Source: an uncultured delta proteobacterium (GTDB taxonomy: Bacteria > Desulfobacterota > Binatia > UBA9968). Taken from it: a stretch of DNA of 64,000 nucleotides. The stretch lies in the NCBI GenBank assembly GCA_963737905.1, contig CAVTUQ010000002.1, forward strand, positions 96,001 through 160,000. The letters run 5' to 3'. Positions 42,647 through 54,485 of this stretch are shown in pieces (position 1 is the stretch's first letter; every line of letters starts with the position of its first letter). The translations under genes and the position numbers were made by a program. The notes under the pieces are model-generated. The model did not search any database, had not been told where the DNA came from, and saw only the letters and a list, made by a program, of their open reading frames with translations.

Positions 42647-43879
42647 CTAAGAAACTCTCTCCTGTAATTTGCTTCCCGTCTGTTGTCGCCCGTGCAGTTT
42701 AGTTCTCCTGGTCTTGTAGAGCGGCGATAACTCTCGCAATCGCCTGACCTCTTCAACCACCCGGCGGACCGTATAATCGACCTCTTCCTCGGTGTTGAAG
42801 CGACCCAAACCAAAACGAATAGAGGTGTGAGCCAACTCCTCCTCGACGCCGATGGCCCGCAACACATGAGAAGGCTCCAGGCTTGCAGAGGTGCAAGCCG
42901 AACCAGTTGAAACCGCGATCTCTTTGAGGGCCATCAAAAGCGACTCGCCCTCGACATCAGCGAAGCTCATATTCATATTCCCCGGAAGCCGCTCCGTTGG
43001 ATGACCGTTGATGTAGACTGCCTCGAGTTGGTCGAGAATTTTTTTCCTCAATCGCTCTCTGAGACTTGTGAGTCTTTCCGCCTCCCCTGCCATTTCTTTT
43101 TGGGCGATCTCACAAGCTTTGCCTAAACCCACGATTCCTGGCACATTCAAGGTCCCCGATCTCATACCTCGCTCGTGACCGCCACCATCGATCATCGCCT
43201 TGAGCTTGACTCGCGGTTTCGCCGCGCGAACGTAAAGCGCGCCGATCCCTTTGGGGCCGTACATCTTGTGGGCCGTTAGCGACAATAGGTCAATGCCCAT
43301 CGCTTCGACATTCACGGGGATTTTGCCCACGGCTTGTGTCGCATCGCTATGAAATAGAATCCCTTTTTCATGAGCCAATTGCCCAATCTCTTTGATGGGT
43401 TCGATCGTACCGATCTCATTATTGGCAGCCATGATGGAGATGAGAATCGTCCGCTCCGTAATCGCGTCGCGAAGCCGGTTCATGCTTACCAAACCATCCC
43501 GGTCCACCGGAAGATAAGTCACTCCACAACCTTGTTTCTCCAAAGCCTTGCAAGTGTCTAAGACCGCTTTGTGTTCAGTCACGCAAGTTATAATGTGGTT
43601 GCCCTTGTCGCGGTAGGACTCAGCGACTCCTTTGATAGCCAAGTTATCAGACTCCGTCGCGCCGCTGGTGAAAACAATCTCCCGAGGCGATGACGCGTGG
43701 ATCAATCTTGCGATTTGTTCTCGCGCCAGGTCGACAGCTGCTTCGCTCTCCCACCCGAAGACATGGTTGCGGCTAGCCGCATTACCGAATTTTTCCGTAA
43801 AGTAGGGAAGCATCGCTTCCAATACTCGCGGGTCCGCCCGAGTCGTCGCATGGTTATCCATATAAATTGGAATCTGCAC
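42647..43879 (-). CDS. iscS: Cysteine desulfurase IscS
   Basis: [34 protein letters not shown]. Confidence 0.95.
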   Translation of the reverse strand: MQIPIYMDNHATTRADPRVLEAMLPYFTEKFGNAASRNHVFGWESEAAVDLAREQIARLIHASSPREIVFTSGATESDNLAIKGVAESYRDKGNHIITCVTEHKAVLDTCKALEKQGCGVTYLPVDRDGLVSMNRLRDAITERTILISIMAANNEIGTIEPIKEIGQLAHEKGILFHSDATQAVGKIPVNVEAMGIDLLSLTAHKMYGPKGIGALYVRAAKPRVKLKAMIDGGGHERGMRSGTLNVPGIVGLGKACEIAQKEMAGEAERLTSLRERLRKKILDQLEAVYINGHPTERLPGNMNMSFADVEGESLLMALKEIAVSTGSACTSASLEPSHVLRAIGVEEELAHTSIRFGLGRFNTEEEVDYTVRRVVEEVRRLRELSPLYKTRRTKLHGRQQTGSKLQERVS

Positions 43880-43884
43880 GTTTC

Positions 43885-43939
43885 TTATCCTACCGAATTA
43901 GTCTGAATTAACATTATCCCATAGAAGCCCATGAGTCAA
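43885..43939 (-). promoter_or_regulatory. sigma70 promoter plus IscR type-1-like operator
   Basis: TTGACT (43939-43934)-17 bp-TAATGT (43916-43911); downstream ATTCAGACTAATTCGGTAGGATAA resembles IscR type-1 sites. Confidence 0.65.
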
Positions 43940-44010
43940 TACCAATTTACCATTTATAAGGACCTGAAATGTATAGTGATTTCAACGCTTGGGCTCAGCC
44001 AACGCCACGC

Positions 44011-46551
44011 TTACGCGGCAGGGCCACTCGGGAGCAGTTTAGCTAAATACTGACCGGTAAAAGAGCCTGAAATTGAGGCAATATCTTCAGGCGTCCCGCT
44101 GGCCACTATTTTTCCACCCTTTTCGCCACCTTCCGGTCCGAGATCGATAACGTAATCGGCGCTCTTTATGAAGTCGAGGTTGTGTTCGATAATTACTACG
44201 GTATTGCCGGCATCCGTTAGACGCTGGAGAAGCTCCAAAAGTTGTTTGACATCATCGAAATGGAGGCCTGTGGTCGGCTCGTCCAAGATATACAGCGTTC
44301 GACCCGTGGCCTTGCGCGCGAGCTCCCGCGCAAGCTTAACCCGTTGTGCTTCGCCCCCGGAAAGTGTTTGTGCAGCTTGACCTAGCCTAAGATAACCAAG
44401 TCCGACCTCGCGGAGAACACGCAACCGCTCGGACAGCGCGGGAATGGGGCTGAGTACCTCTGAGGCCTGCAGCACAGTGAGATCCAATATGTCCGCAATG
44501 CTCAGCCCCTTGTATTTGATCTCGAGGGTCTCCCGATTGTACCGCCTGCCGTGACAATTTTCACAGACCACGTACACCGGCGGGAGAAAATACATATCCA
44601 CTCGCACGGCCCCTTCCCCGGCACAGGCCTCACAGCGCCCGCCCGGCGCATTAAAAGAAAACCGCTCGGGTTTGTAACCCCGGACACGCGCTTCCGGCAA
44701 TTGCGCGAAAAGATTGCGCATGTGATCGAAAAGACCGGTGTAGGTCGCCGGATTAGATCGCGGAGTGCGGCCGATGGGCGCTTGGTCGATACCGACGACG
44801 CGATCAAAAAGATCAGCGCCAATCAGCTCGTCAAATTCTCCCGTCTTTTTTTTTGATTTGTGCAAGCGTCGGGCAACGACGTTGTAGAGAATATCCATGA
44901 TCAGACTCGTCTTGCCTGACCCGGATACCCCGGTGACACAGGTCATTGAGCCCGCAGGTATCTTCACCGTGATGTCCTTCAGATTGTTCTCTTTCGCTCC
45001 TTTAATGACCAGAAACTCACCCGTGCCCCTGCGACGTCGCGCGGGAATTGGCATTTTTACCCTGCCTAAGAGGTACTGGCCGGTTAGCGATCCGGGACTG
45101 TTCATGATTTCCGCCAGTGTGCCCTGCACAACGATTTCTCCACCCTTCACACCGGCTCCGGGCCCGATATCGATGATGTGATCCGCCGCCACTATCGTTT
45201 CCTGATCATGCTCGACGACGACGACGGAGTTGCCAGCGTCCCGCAGCTGTTTGAGCAGCTTAAGCAGCTCTGCGTTGTCCTTCTGGTGCAGTCCGATACT
45301 GGGCTCATCGAGAATGAAAAGTACCCCGGCCAAGCTCGATCCAAGCTGCGTCGCGAGCCGCACCCGCTGCGCTTCGCCCCCCGAGAGAGTCACTGCGGAT
45401 CGATCAAGGGTTAGATATTCCAGCCCAAGCTGAATGAGGAACTGAAGTCGGCCAGTGATCTCCCGGAGCACCTTCTGACCTATGACGGCTTGCTTCTTGC
45501 TCAAATCAAGCTCGTGCAAAAAATCGCGGGCGGCCGTCAACGAGACAGCCGTCAGATCCGCGATACTCCTGCCGCCTAGCTTCACCGCCAAACTTTCCTT
45601 CTTGAGTCGCCTCCCCTGGCATTCCCTACAGGGGAGGGTATCCGGTTCGCTCTCTTCGTTCTTACCGGACCGGCGCGGCCGGGATTCGATCCCCAAGCCC
45701 TTGCAAGCGGGGCAGGCCCCCTGCGGAGTGTTGAAAGAAAACAGCCGCGGCGTAATTTCAGGCAGAAAAATCCCGCATTGTATGCACATGAACTTCTGAA
45801 TGAAAATCAATTCTTCGGAAGGCGCAGCGTGTCCCGGCACAAGTTCCGCTTTGATGACCTGACGACCAATCCGGGACGCTACTTCGAGAGAATCGGCCAG
45901 TCGCCGTTCGATTCCCGGCCGCAGCACCAGCCGATCGACGATCAGGTCGATTTCGTGGGGAGGGTCTGTTTTGATATCGATCTCTTCCGACAGTTCATAG
46001 ACCTCGCCATTGATCTTGGCACGGGCAAATCCGGCGCGCGCCAGCTCTTGCAACACCGGCCGAGGGTCGCCTGCGCCGCCCGCCGCGACGGGCGCCAGCA
46101 CAACCAGGCGCGTCTCCTCCGGCAGCGACAACAATTGATCACTGATTTGCTCGATGGTCTGCGCCGTTATTTCGCGGCCGCATTGAATGCAGGTCGCTTG
46201 GCCTATCCGGGCGAAAAGCAGCCGCAAATAATCGTAGATCTCGGTAAGGGTTCCTACCGTGGAACGAGGATGGGACGGGCCGGCCTTTTGCTGGATGGCG
46301 ATGGCCGGAGAAAGCCCTTCGATGGAATCCACGTCCGGTTTTTCCATCTGTTGCAGAAACTGACGCGCATCCGCGGCGAGCGACTCCAAATACCGTCGCT
46401 GCCCTTCGGCGTAAAGCGTATCAAAGGCAAGCGAAGACTTGCCGGATCCGGAAACTCCGGTGATGACAACCAGCTGATCGCGCGGGATTGCGACATCGAT
46501 GTTTTTTAAGTTGTGGACGCGCGCGCCTTTGACGACGATCTTACCGGCCAT
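44011..46551 (-). CDS. uvrA: Excinuclease ABC subunit A, short variant (846 aa)
   Basis: Two GVSGSGK Walker A and two LSGGEAQR signature motifs; zinc fingers. Confidence 0.93.
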   Translation of the reverse strand: MAGKIVVKGARVHNLKNIDVAIPRDQLVVITGVSGSGKSSLAFDTLYAEGQRRYLESLAADARQFLQQMEKPDVDSIEGLSPAIAIQQKAGPSHPRSTVGTLTEIYDYLRLLFARIGQATCIQCGREITAQTIEQISDQLLSLPEETRLVVLAPVAAGGAGDPRPVLQELARAGFARAKINGEVYELSEEIDIKTDPPHEIDLIVDRLVLRPGIERRLADSLEVASRIGRQVIKAELVPGHAAPSEELIFIQKFMCIQCGIFLPEITPRLFSFNTPQGACPACKGLGIESRPRRSGKNEESEPDTLPCRECQGRRLKKESLAVKLGGRSIADLTAVSLTAARDFLHELDLSKKQAVIGQKVLREITGRLQFLIQLGLEYLTLDRSAVTLSGGEAQRVRLATQLGSSLAGVLFILDEPSIGLHQKDNAELLKLLKQLRDAGNSVVVVEHDQETIVAADHIIDIGPGAGVKGGEIVVQGTLAEIMNSPGSLTGQYLLGRVKMPIPARRRRGTGEFLVIKGAKENNLKDITVKIPAGSMTCVTGVSGSGKTSLIMDILYNVVARRLHKSKKKTGEFDELIGADLFDRVVGIDQAPIGRTPRSNPATYTGLFDHMRNLFAQLPEARVRGYKPERFSFNAPGGRCEACAGEGAVRVDMYFLPPVYVVCENCHGRRYNRETLEIKYKGLSIADILDLTVLQASEVLSPIPALSERLRVLREVGLGYLRLGQAAQTLSGGEAQRVKLARELARKATGRTLYILDEPTTGLHFDDVKQLLELLQRLTDAGNTVVIIEHNLDFIKSADYVIDLGPEGGEKGGKIVASGTPEDIASISGSFTGQYLAKLLPSGPAA

Positions 46552-46557
46552 CCGTCC

Positions 46558-47913
46558 TTACTGACGCTCCAGGCCCTTAAGCTTTTCGTCGACGATGGCG
46601 CGATACTCTTTGAGCTTTTCAGCGGATTGCGCCTCGAATCGAAGCACGAGAGCGGGCTGGGTATTGGACGCCCGAATCAGCCCCCAACCTTCGGGGAATT
46701 GGATGCGGACGCCGTCCACGTCGATGATATCGTAATGTTGGCGGAAATATTCTTTGGCTTTCTCTGCGATGACAAATTTCTTGTCATCCGGGCAATCGAC
46801 TCTGATTTCCGGCGTCGATACACTCCTCGGCAAATCCGACAGCAAAGCGGACAACGGCCGGTCGGAGTTAGCCAGTATTTCCAGCAGTCGGAGAGAAGCA
46901 TAGATGGCATCGTCATAGCCAAAGTAGCGCTCTTTGAAAAACATGTGACCGCTCATTTCTCCAGCCAAAAGAGCGTGCGTTTCCTTCATTTTCGCCTTCA
47001 ACAGGGAATGGCCCGCCTTCCACATAACGGGTGTTCCGCCGTGGCTGGCGATGTCATCATAGAGCCGCTGCGAGCATTTGACTTCGGAGATGATGATGGC
47101 CTTTGGGTTGCGCTGCAAAACGTCCCGCGAGAACAACACCAAAAGCTCGTCGCCCCAGAGAATGTTCCCCTTCTCGTCCACCGCGCCGATCCGATCCGCG
47201 TCGCCGTCATAGGCGATGCCCACATCCGCCTTCTCATGCTTTACCTTGTCGATCAGCAGCTCCAGATTCTCCGGGACCGTGGGATCGGGATGGTGAATCG
47301 GAAATCTGCCGTCGGGTGTGCAAGCGATCTCCCATACCGTGCAACCGAGCTGACGAAAGAGCGGCGGCGCCACCGGTCCCCCTACTCCACTCCCCGCATC
47401 GACTACAACTTTCAATGGGCGTTTTAATTTTGGCACATCCCGCAACAAATGCTTGTGATAGGGGGAACGGATTTCGTAGTGCTCAATTTTGCCGCCGGCC
47501 TTTTCCTGAAACTGGCTTTGTTCCATTTTGATTCGGACATCCTGAATTTGTTGGCCATACAAAGTGTCCTTGGCAATGCAGAGTTTGAAGCCGTTGTACT
47601 CCGACGGATTGTGGCTTGCTGTCACTTGTATCCCGCCATCGACGTCGAGATGAAACAAAGAAAAATAAAGCAGCGGCGTGGGACAAGTACCGATATCGTA
47701 AACGTGCAAGCCCGTCGATGCCAGGCCGGCGATGACCCCCTCCGCATACGAATCGGAGGTCGCGCGGCAATCGCGCCCCACCGCCACCCGCTGGCCGCCT
47801 TTTTCGGCAATGATGGTGCCATGCACCTTCCCTAAGAGCATCGCGAATTCTTTGTCGAAATCCTGTTCCGCCAGACCCCGGATGTCGTATTCACGAAAAA
47901 TCGACTGATTCAC
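46558..47913 (-). CDS. Phosphomannomutase/phosphoglucomutase
   Basis: IFREYDIRG, TASHNP, DGDADR, GEMSGH, RASNT. Confidence 0.95.
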   Translation of the reverse strand: MNQSIFREYDIRGLAEQDFDKEFAMLLGKVHGTIIAEKGGQRVAVGRDCRATSDSYAEGVIAGLASTGLHVYDIGTCPTPLLYFSLFHLDVDGGIQVTASHNPSEYNGFKLCIAKDTLYGQQIQDVRIKMEQSQFQEKAGGKIEHYEIRSPYHKHLLRDVPKLKRPLKVVVDAGSGVGGPVAPPLFRQLGCTVWEIACTPDGRFPIHHPDPTVPENLELLIDKVKHEKADVGIAYDGDADRIGAVDEKGNILWGDELLVLFSRDVLQRNPKAIIISEVKCSQRLYDDIASHGGTPVMWKAGHSLLKAKMKETHALLAGEMSGHMFFKERYFGYDDAIYASLRLLEILANSDRPLSALLSDLPRSVSTPEIRVDCPDDKKFVIAEKAKEYFRQHYDIIDVDGVRIQFPEGWGLIRASNTQPALVLRFEAQSAEKLKEYRAIVDEKLKGLERQ

Positions 47914-48935
47914 TTCTTCCTCCGCTTCATAGCTTGCTGTGCCAATCTCGCGGCCAACACGATCGCCTCTTTCATGCTCAACGCATCCGCCTTCCCTTTG
48001 CCGGCGATGTCGTAAGCGGTGCCATGGTCTACCGACGTTCGAATAAAAGGCGGGCCCAAGGTCAGAGCCACTCCGCCGAAGAAATGATGTAGTTTAAGAG
48101 GGATCAAACCTTGATCGTGATACATGCAAACGACGGCGTCGTAATCGCCGCGGGCCGCTTGATAAAAGAGGCTGTCCGCGGGAAACGGACCGAAGGCTTG
48201 GATCCCTTTACGCTTCGCCGCTCGGACCGCCGGGACAATGGTCTTTTCCTCCTCGTCGCCAAAGATCCCTTCTTCGCCGCCATGGGGATTCAACGCGGCC
48301 ACCGCAATCCGAGGATGCTGGATTCCGAAGAAGTCCCGCAGGCTCCGGTGCGCCAGGTCTAACGTCGTGCCAATTCCAGCACAGCTGAGACCCCGCGTGA
48401 CTTTGGTAAAGGCTATGTGGCCGGTAACCAGAACGACGCGAAGCTTTTTTCCAATCAGCATCATGCGGCACTCGGGCGTTTGGCTCAGTTCAGCCAGCAG
48501 TTCCGTATGACCGGGGTAGTTATACCCGGCGTCTTGGAGAATGCTTTTGCTGATGGGGGCTGTCGCCATGGCATCGACGACGCCAGAGAGGGCAAGCTTG
48601 GCGGCTACGACGATATAACGATAGGCCGCATGCCCACCCGCCCGGGTCGGACAACCAGGGCGTGATGCGCTCGCAGACAGAGAAGAAAGCGAACAAACGA
48701 CGCCCGCGGTGCGGCTTTCCAGCAGCGGCAGCAGCGCTTGTCCCGGTTGCCAACAGACGAGTTTGGAAGAATCGGCTTTGCCTTTCAAAGCCCTCGCCAG
48801 AACCTCCCAGTCACCCAGAACAAGGGGACTGCAAACTCTCCTGACGCGCGGATCGGCCAACGCCTTGCGCACCACTTCAGGCCCAATGCCCGCCGGATCG
48901 CCCATAGTCACAGCGACAATAGGTTTGCGCGCCAT
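47910..48935 (-). CDS. pdxA: 4-hydroxythreonine-4-phosphate dehydrogenase
   Basis: GDPAGIGPE, GHTE, YHDQG, RTSVDHGTA. Confidence 0.96.
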   Translation of the reverse strand: MARKPIVAVTMGDPAGIGPEVVRKALADPRVRRVCSPLVLGDWEVLARALKGKADSSKLVCWQPGQALLPLLESRTAGVVCSLSSLSASASRPGCPTRAGGHAAYRYIVVAAKLALSGVVDAMATAPISKSILQDAGYNYPGHTELLAELSQTPECRMMLIGKKLRVVLVTGHIAFTKVTRGLSCAGIGTTLDLAHRSLRDFFGIQHPRIAVAALNPHGGEEGIFGDEEEKTIVPAVRAAKRKGIQAFGPFPADSLFYQAARGDYDAVVCMYHDQGLIPLKLHHFFGGVALTLGPPFIRTSVDHGTAYDIAGKGKADALSMKEAIVLAARLAQQAMKRRKK

Positions 48936-48998
48936 GGATTGCCGAGAAATCAAAAAAACAGATCGGGTAATTGTCCCCGGTGAGACAGCATCGGGGAT

Positions 48999-50315
48999 TC
49001 AACGTTTGAAGGGATTCAATGCATCAAAAAATCCCCCGGCTTGACCCGACGAAGATTCCCCTCCGCTCGATTTTTCGGGAGGAGTCGAAAGGACATCGGG
49101 GACGTCCTCCACAGTATCCGTGGCAAAAAGAGGTACGCCAAATACATTGACGATACTCTTACCGGCCATTGGACTCTTCGGATCATCGTCTTCTATGGGA
49201 GTTGTCTTGACAATGTAGGACAAAGGATTCAGATAACTTAAAAAAGTCCGGTCTTCCTGCTTCTTGGACCGTGTGGATTTGGCCATCAGGGAATCGACCA
49301 TGCCCTCTTTGGAATCCTCGGGCTTGAACACCACACCGGCAATTTTTACATCGACCCGATGTTTTCTTCTGAGATCGGTTTTGAGCCACTTCACGAATCT
49401 TTCCTCAAGAGCCTTAGACTGGAGTTCTTGTTTGATTCTGGGCGCCACCGTTGCCAGCGGCAAGGGAGCGCCGACCTCCCGCGCCTCCAGCTTAACGATG
49501 TGAACTCCCATGGTCGTTCGAAAAGGAGTGCTGACCTGGCCCACGGACAGCTTTTCGAAAGCGACCTGCTCGATTCCGCCGATGAGAGTTCCGCGGTTGA
49601 CCCAACCGATGTCGCCGCCCTCGGCCTGTCCCGCTCCCTCGGAGTATTCCCGAGCCAACTCCGCAAAATCCGCGCCGGCCACGATCCGTTTGTATAATTC
49701 CATGGCCTTCTCGGTGACGGCTTGCACCTCATCGGGGGGCGCCGTCTTGGAGAGCGCGAGCAGAATATGACGCAAGCGCACCCGGTCCTCAGAGCGAAAC
49801 TTGCTCGGATTGAGCTTGTAATAACGCTCGACGTCGTCGTTGGTAATGTTGACCTTGCTCCTTACCTGGCGATTGATGATCTCACTTTTTTCCAGCTCAC
49901 TCTTAACGGCCACCCGATAGCTTTCGATCGTCTGCCCCTCGCGGCCGAGCGCGGTCTTGAGGTCGTCATCGGTCAACCGATTTCGTTTCTTGATTTCATC
50001 GATGTATTGAGTGACGTCCTGGTCTGTGATTTTGATACCTGACTCCCGCGCTTCCGTTTCCAAGAGTTTCTCTGTGATGAATTGTTCCAAGACCTCCCGA
50101 TCGCCGTCATTGATTTTCTTCAAATCCCCTGATGGAAATTCCCGGTCCATCTTTGCTTTCGCATAGGCACCCAGGTTCGAGAGCGTATACGGCTCCCCGT
50201 CGATCACCACGATGAGTTGTTCAATAACCTTGGCCGTGGCCGTTTGCGGCAGGAGAATTAACAAGGACAATAACAGGAAACCTTTTTGGAATATTCGGCT
50301 CAGCATAAACTGCAT
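48999..50315 (-). CDS. surA: SurA-like chaperone/parvulin PPIase
   Basis: Signal peptide, SurA N-domain, FAELAREYSE...GGDIGW; mfd-surA-pdxA order. Confidence 0.85.
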   Translation of the reverse strand: MQFMLSRIFQKGFLLLSLLILLPQTATAKVIEQLIVVIDGEPYTLSNLGAYAKAKMDREFPSGDLKKINDGDREVLEQFITEKLLETEARESGIKITDQDVTQYIDEIKKRNRLTDDDLKTALGREGQTIESYRVAVKSELEKSEIINRQVRSKVNITNDDVERYYKLNPSKFRSEDRVRLRHILLALSKTAPPDEVQAVTEKAMELYKRIVAGADFAELAREYSEGAGQAEGGDIGWVNRGTLIGGIEQVAFEKLSVGQVSTPFRTTMGVHIVKLEAREVGAPLPLATVAPRIKQELQSKALEERFVKWLKTDLRRKHRVDVKIAGVVFKPEDSKEGMVDSLMAKSTRSKKQEDRTFLSYLNPLSYIVKTTPIEDDDPKSPMAGKSIVNVFGVPLFATDTVEDVPDVLSTPPEKSSGGESSSGQAGGFFDALNPFKR

Positions 50316-50440
50316 TCTCGCCGTATAGCAAGAATATTGTAACAGCTACCATAGTTGATTTGCAAAACCAAACGACGACCCCCTATGGGTAAAGTTCTAA
50401 AATCGTCGTGGCGGTGGTGGAGTGTCCTGGCAACGGTCTT

Positions 50441-53400
50441 TCATCCATGCACCGACTCGAGAGGCAAACTCTGCTGAGGCGGGCTTTCACAAATCCTGTG
50501 CAGCAACTCCACGACTTCCCCCACCAGCGCTTCCCACTCCTGATGTTGCGGCGTGAAGGAGAGGCGACCATCCGGCGCTAAGCGGAATTTATGCTTTTGT
50601 TTTTTGATGAGCTCGAGCAGTTTCTCAACTTGCACCGGCGACTCCGGATGGAATAACAGGAAGACTTGACCCTGGGATACGCTGATCTGTTGCACCAGAA
50701 ACTCTTTAAGCACACGCCTGAGATCCATGACTCTAAATAGATTTTCAACCACCGGCGTGGTGGGCCCGAAACGATCGCGAATCTCCTCCTTGAGTTCCGC
50801 GAGGTCTAGTGTACTGCCCACGCTAGCGAGCCGTTTGTAAAAGAGCAAACGTTGATTGGCGTCCGGAATATAGGTTTCCGGAAAATAAGCCGGAATTTCC
50901 AGACGGATCTCGGGCTCCACTTCCGGCGCGACGACTTCGCCTTTCAGCTCGTTTACGGCTTTCTGCATCATTTCCGTATAGAGCTCGAACCCCACGGCGG
51001 TAATTTGACCCGACTGCTGTTCGCCTAAAAGGTTTCCCGCGCCACGAATCTCGAGATCGTGCAGCGCAAGTTTGAAGCCGCCCCCGAGCCCATCAAGTTC
51101 CTGCAACGCCCGCAGCCTCCGTTCGGCATCCGGCGTGATCGCGTGTTCGCCGGGGATCAATAGATAGGCATAGGCATGGCGATGAGAGCGGCCGACGCGT
51201 CCCCGGAGCTGGTAAAGCTGCGCGAGACCGAAGTGGTCCGCTCGGTTGATGATGATCGTATTGGCGTTGGGAAAATCCAGCCCGGATTCAATGATCGCCG
51301 AGCAAACCAACACCTGGGTTTTGTTTTCCAAAAAATCGAGCATGACTTTTTCTAACTCCTTGGGCCGCATCTGGCCGTGCGCCACCGCCATCTTTGCCTC
51401 GGGCAGCAAATCCGCCAGTTTGAGCGCCAACCGATCGATGGTCTCGACCCGGTTATGGAGAAAAAATACCTGGCCCCCGCGCTGGAGCTCGCGAAGCATC
51501 GCATCGCGGATGACCTGTTCGTCATATCGCGTCACGTAGGTTTGGACCGCCAGCCGATCCGCCGGCGGCGTTTCGATGATACTCAAGTCACGAATGCCAA
51601 CCAGCGACATATGCAAGGTGCGCGGGATCGGCGTCGCTGTCAGACTGACCACATCAACGAGCTGGCGCATCTTTTTCAGCCGCTCCTTGTGGACGACACC
51701 GAAACGATGCTCTTCGTCTATGATCACCAGGCCCAGATCTTTAAACTCGACATCCTTCTGGAGCAACCGGTGGGTGCCGATCAAGACGTCGACCTTGCCC
51801 CTGGCGGTCTGTTGGAGAACTTGCGCGATCTCCTTCGCGGTCAGGAAGCGGCTGACCATTTCAATGCTTACCGGGTGATTGCGAAACCGATGGCGAAAAG
51901 TCTGCAGATGTTGTTGGGCCAGAATCGTTGTTGGCGCCAACACGGCGACTTGCTTGCCGCCTTCGACAGCGAGAAAAGCGGCTCGCATCGCCACTTCGGT
52001 CTTGCCGTAACCCACATCGCCGCAGATCAGCCGATCCATCGATTTCCGGCTTTGCATGCCGGCCAGAGTCTCATCGATGGCCCGTTGCTGATCGGGAGTT
52101 TCTTCGTATTCGAAAGCCGCTTCGAATTCTCGGTACAAGGTATCGGGCGGAGCGAAGGCATTTCCCTGGCGGGCTTCCCGAATCGCATAGAGCTGCACCA
52201 GCTCTTCGGCCATGGCAAAAACCGATTTCCTCGCCTTGGCCTTGACTTTTTCCCAAGCGGTACCGCCTAAACGATCCAGAGAAGGCTGCGCTCCGTCGCC
52301 ACCGATGTACTTCTGCACCATGTTGATGCGATCCACCGGCAAATAGAGGCGATCGCCCGCTTCATATTCCAGATGGAGAAACTCCCCCTCAACACCGGCA
52401 ACCTTGAGAAATTTAAGGCCGCGATAGATGCCGATGCCATGATCCAAGTGCACTACGTAATCGTCCTGTTTGAGCTCACTCAGACTGGTCAAAAAGTGGC
52501 TCGGATGGCTCTTCGTGCTGGCGGACGGTTGTCGCTTTCGGGTGCCGAAGATCTCATCGAAAGTCACCACCACCAGATGAGCTTCTGGCAGGCGAAAGCC
52601 CTGGTTCAGGTGGCCGCCCACGATCGCGCGCGCGAATTCCCCCCGGGCGAGTAAGGCGGGCGCAGGCTACCTCGACCAGAGGCAATTGTAGATCGTAACT
52701 GGCTAACAAGCTCCCGCAACCGCACGGCGTCGCCCTTCGTCGGTGCGACGAAGAACACCCTTTCGCTCCGCCAACCCTTGAGCCGTTCGACCAGCGGCGC
52801 CAACGAAGCGTCTGTGCCGCGGGGCGCGGTCTCATGGCGGATGTCGCTGGTTAGAAACGACTCCATCGTAAGCGTGGATTCGTGGGCTTTCTCTGACGTC
52901 GCCATAATCGTGAGCGACTCGCCCCGCACCTGAGCCCACGGCTGCAATGCGGCCAGCCATTCATGTTCATTGAGATAAAGGGTCTCCACCGGCGGCACCA
53001 GGTGGTGTTCCTCCGCAGCCTTCTCATAGCGCTCCCATGCCAGTTGGCCAAATTTTTCCGCTTCGGCTTCCACGCGATCTCCACCGTCGAGCCAAATCAA
53101 TGTCTCCGGAGAAAGATACGAGAAAATCGAGACGAGCTCAGGATAGAAATAAGGAACCAGAGACTCGATCCCGGGAAAGGGTATTCCTTCCCGCAAAGAA
53201 TCAACCAGCTTGTGTTTCTCCCGCCGATCGATCTCTAACTCCCCAGCCCGTTGGTCGAGCTTGCGTACAATATTTTCTAAATCGGATCGCTTGAGCGAGA
53301 ACTCTTTCATCGGCAACAGAAACATTTCTTCCTGGAGCCGTTCGGAACGCTGATTGGCCGGGCTGAATTCCCGGATCGATTCCAACCGGTCGCCGTCGAA

Positions 53401-53991
53401 CTCCAGCCGGAGCGGTCGCGCGTATCCGGGAGAGAAGATATCGACAATACCGCCGCGAACGCTAAAGTCGCCTCGCTCCTCTACTAACGGGACATTTTGG
53501 AAACCCCATTGCACCAAATGTTGCAGCAGACTTTCGCGCGCCAGCTCTTGCCCGGCGACGAGGTAGAGATAGGACTGCTTGAACTTTTCCTTTGGAATGA
53601 CTTTCTGCAGCAACGCGGGGGGAGTCGCTATGAGGATGGGTGCGTGTTCCTCCACAAGCTTGTAAAGTCCTTCGAGACGGGCCGCCACATTGTCCGGATG
53701 CGGCGACAGTTTCTCGAAAGGAAGGACTTCCCAGGATGGAAAAAGATGGAGTCGCTTGCGAAACGGCGGCAGGGAGCGTTCCTCGCCCAGGAAAAATCCC
53801 AGATCGTCGTAGAGATTCTCCGCATCGCTGGCTGTGGGCGCGACGATGAGAATCGGCCGGCGGCTTTTCTCGGCGACCAGCGAGAGAACATACGCCTTCG
53901 CGCCCCCTTGGATTCCCTGGATACGTTTCACTCCCGTCCAAGTACCCTGGACAAAGGATTCGAGTTTGGCGCGAGGGTCAAAATCGTTCAT
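50441..53991 (-). CDS. mfd: Transcription-repair coupling factor (frameshifts at ~52610-52710)
   Basis: RGGIVDIF, VVHLDHGIG, GDVGYGKT, DEEH, QLRGRVGR, TRCF domain across two ORFs. Confidence 0.95.
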
Positions 53992-54350
53992 GCAAAAATA
54001 CCAAACCCTCGCAGCCAAATCTTGGGGATGGACGAGAGCGGCTTACCGGCTGCGTCCGCCTCCTTGGCCCATGTCTCCATGGATTCGCTGAGATCTTTTA
54101 CCCGGATGTCGAGATGAGGCGATTGATAGTTTTCGAAGCGGATCAGCGCCTGGTAGATCATGCGCACCGGCCCCTTGATCTCTCCGAAATCGGTGAGGAG
54201 TCGGAAAGCGACCGCTAGCTCGATCAATCCCTCGATAAAGGGCTTATTGGCATCTTCGGTCTCCTGATAGAATTGTTCAAGTACCTCATGGGAGTCAAAA
54301 AATCGCCCCTCATTAAACAAACGTATGCCGTCTCGCAAACGAGCATCCAT
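53988..54350 (-). CDS. DUF309 family protein
   Basis: GIRLFNEGRFFDSHEVLE; ATGA overlap with mfd. Confidence 0.8.
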   Translation of the reverse strand: MDARLRDGIRLFNEGRFFDSHEVLEQFYQETEDANKPFIEGLIELAVAFRLLTDFGEIKGPVRMIYQALIRFENYQSPHLDIRVKDLSESMETWAKEADAAGKPLSSIPKIWLRGFGIFA

Positions 54351-54420
54351 AACACAAATTCTGAAATTCAACGTAGCAACTTCTCTTCAGCGCCTCAAGT
54401 TAAACCACGGAAATCGCAGT

Positions 54421-54485
54421 TGGCTGATCGCTTATGGCATATAGTTGGAACATGCGAAACGCTACCAGCCATACACCATAAGCTA
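54421..54485. repeat. Heptamer-periodic palindromic element, family A, copy 3 (inverted)
   Basis: Reverse complement contains atgttccaactatatgccataagcgatcagcc; overlaps the MFS stop codon. Confidence 0.75.

Noticed and set aside
50441-53991. mfd pseudogene or programmed frameshift
   Set aside because: Both halves are otherwise intact and similar lone indels occur in NUDIX, rrf2, cyclase 2 and the TIR gene, consistent with long-read error
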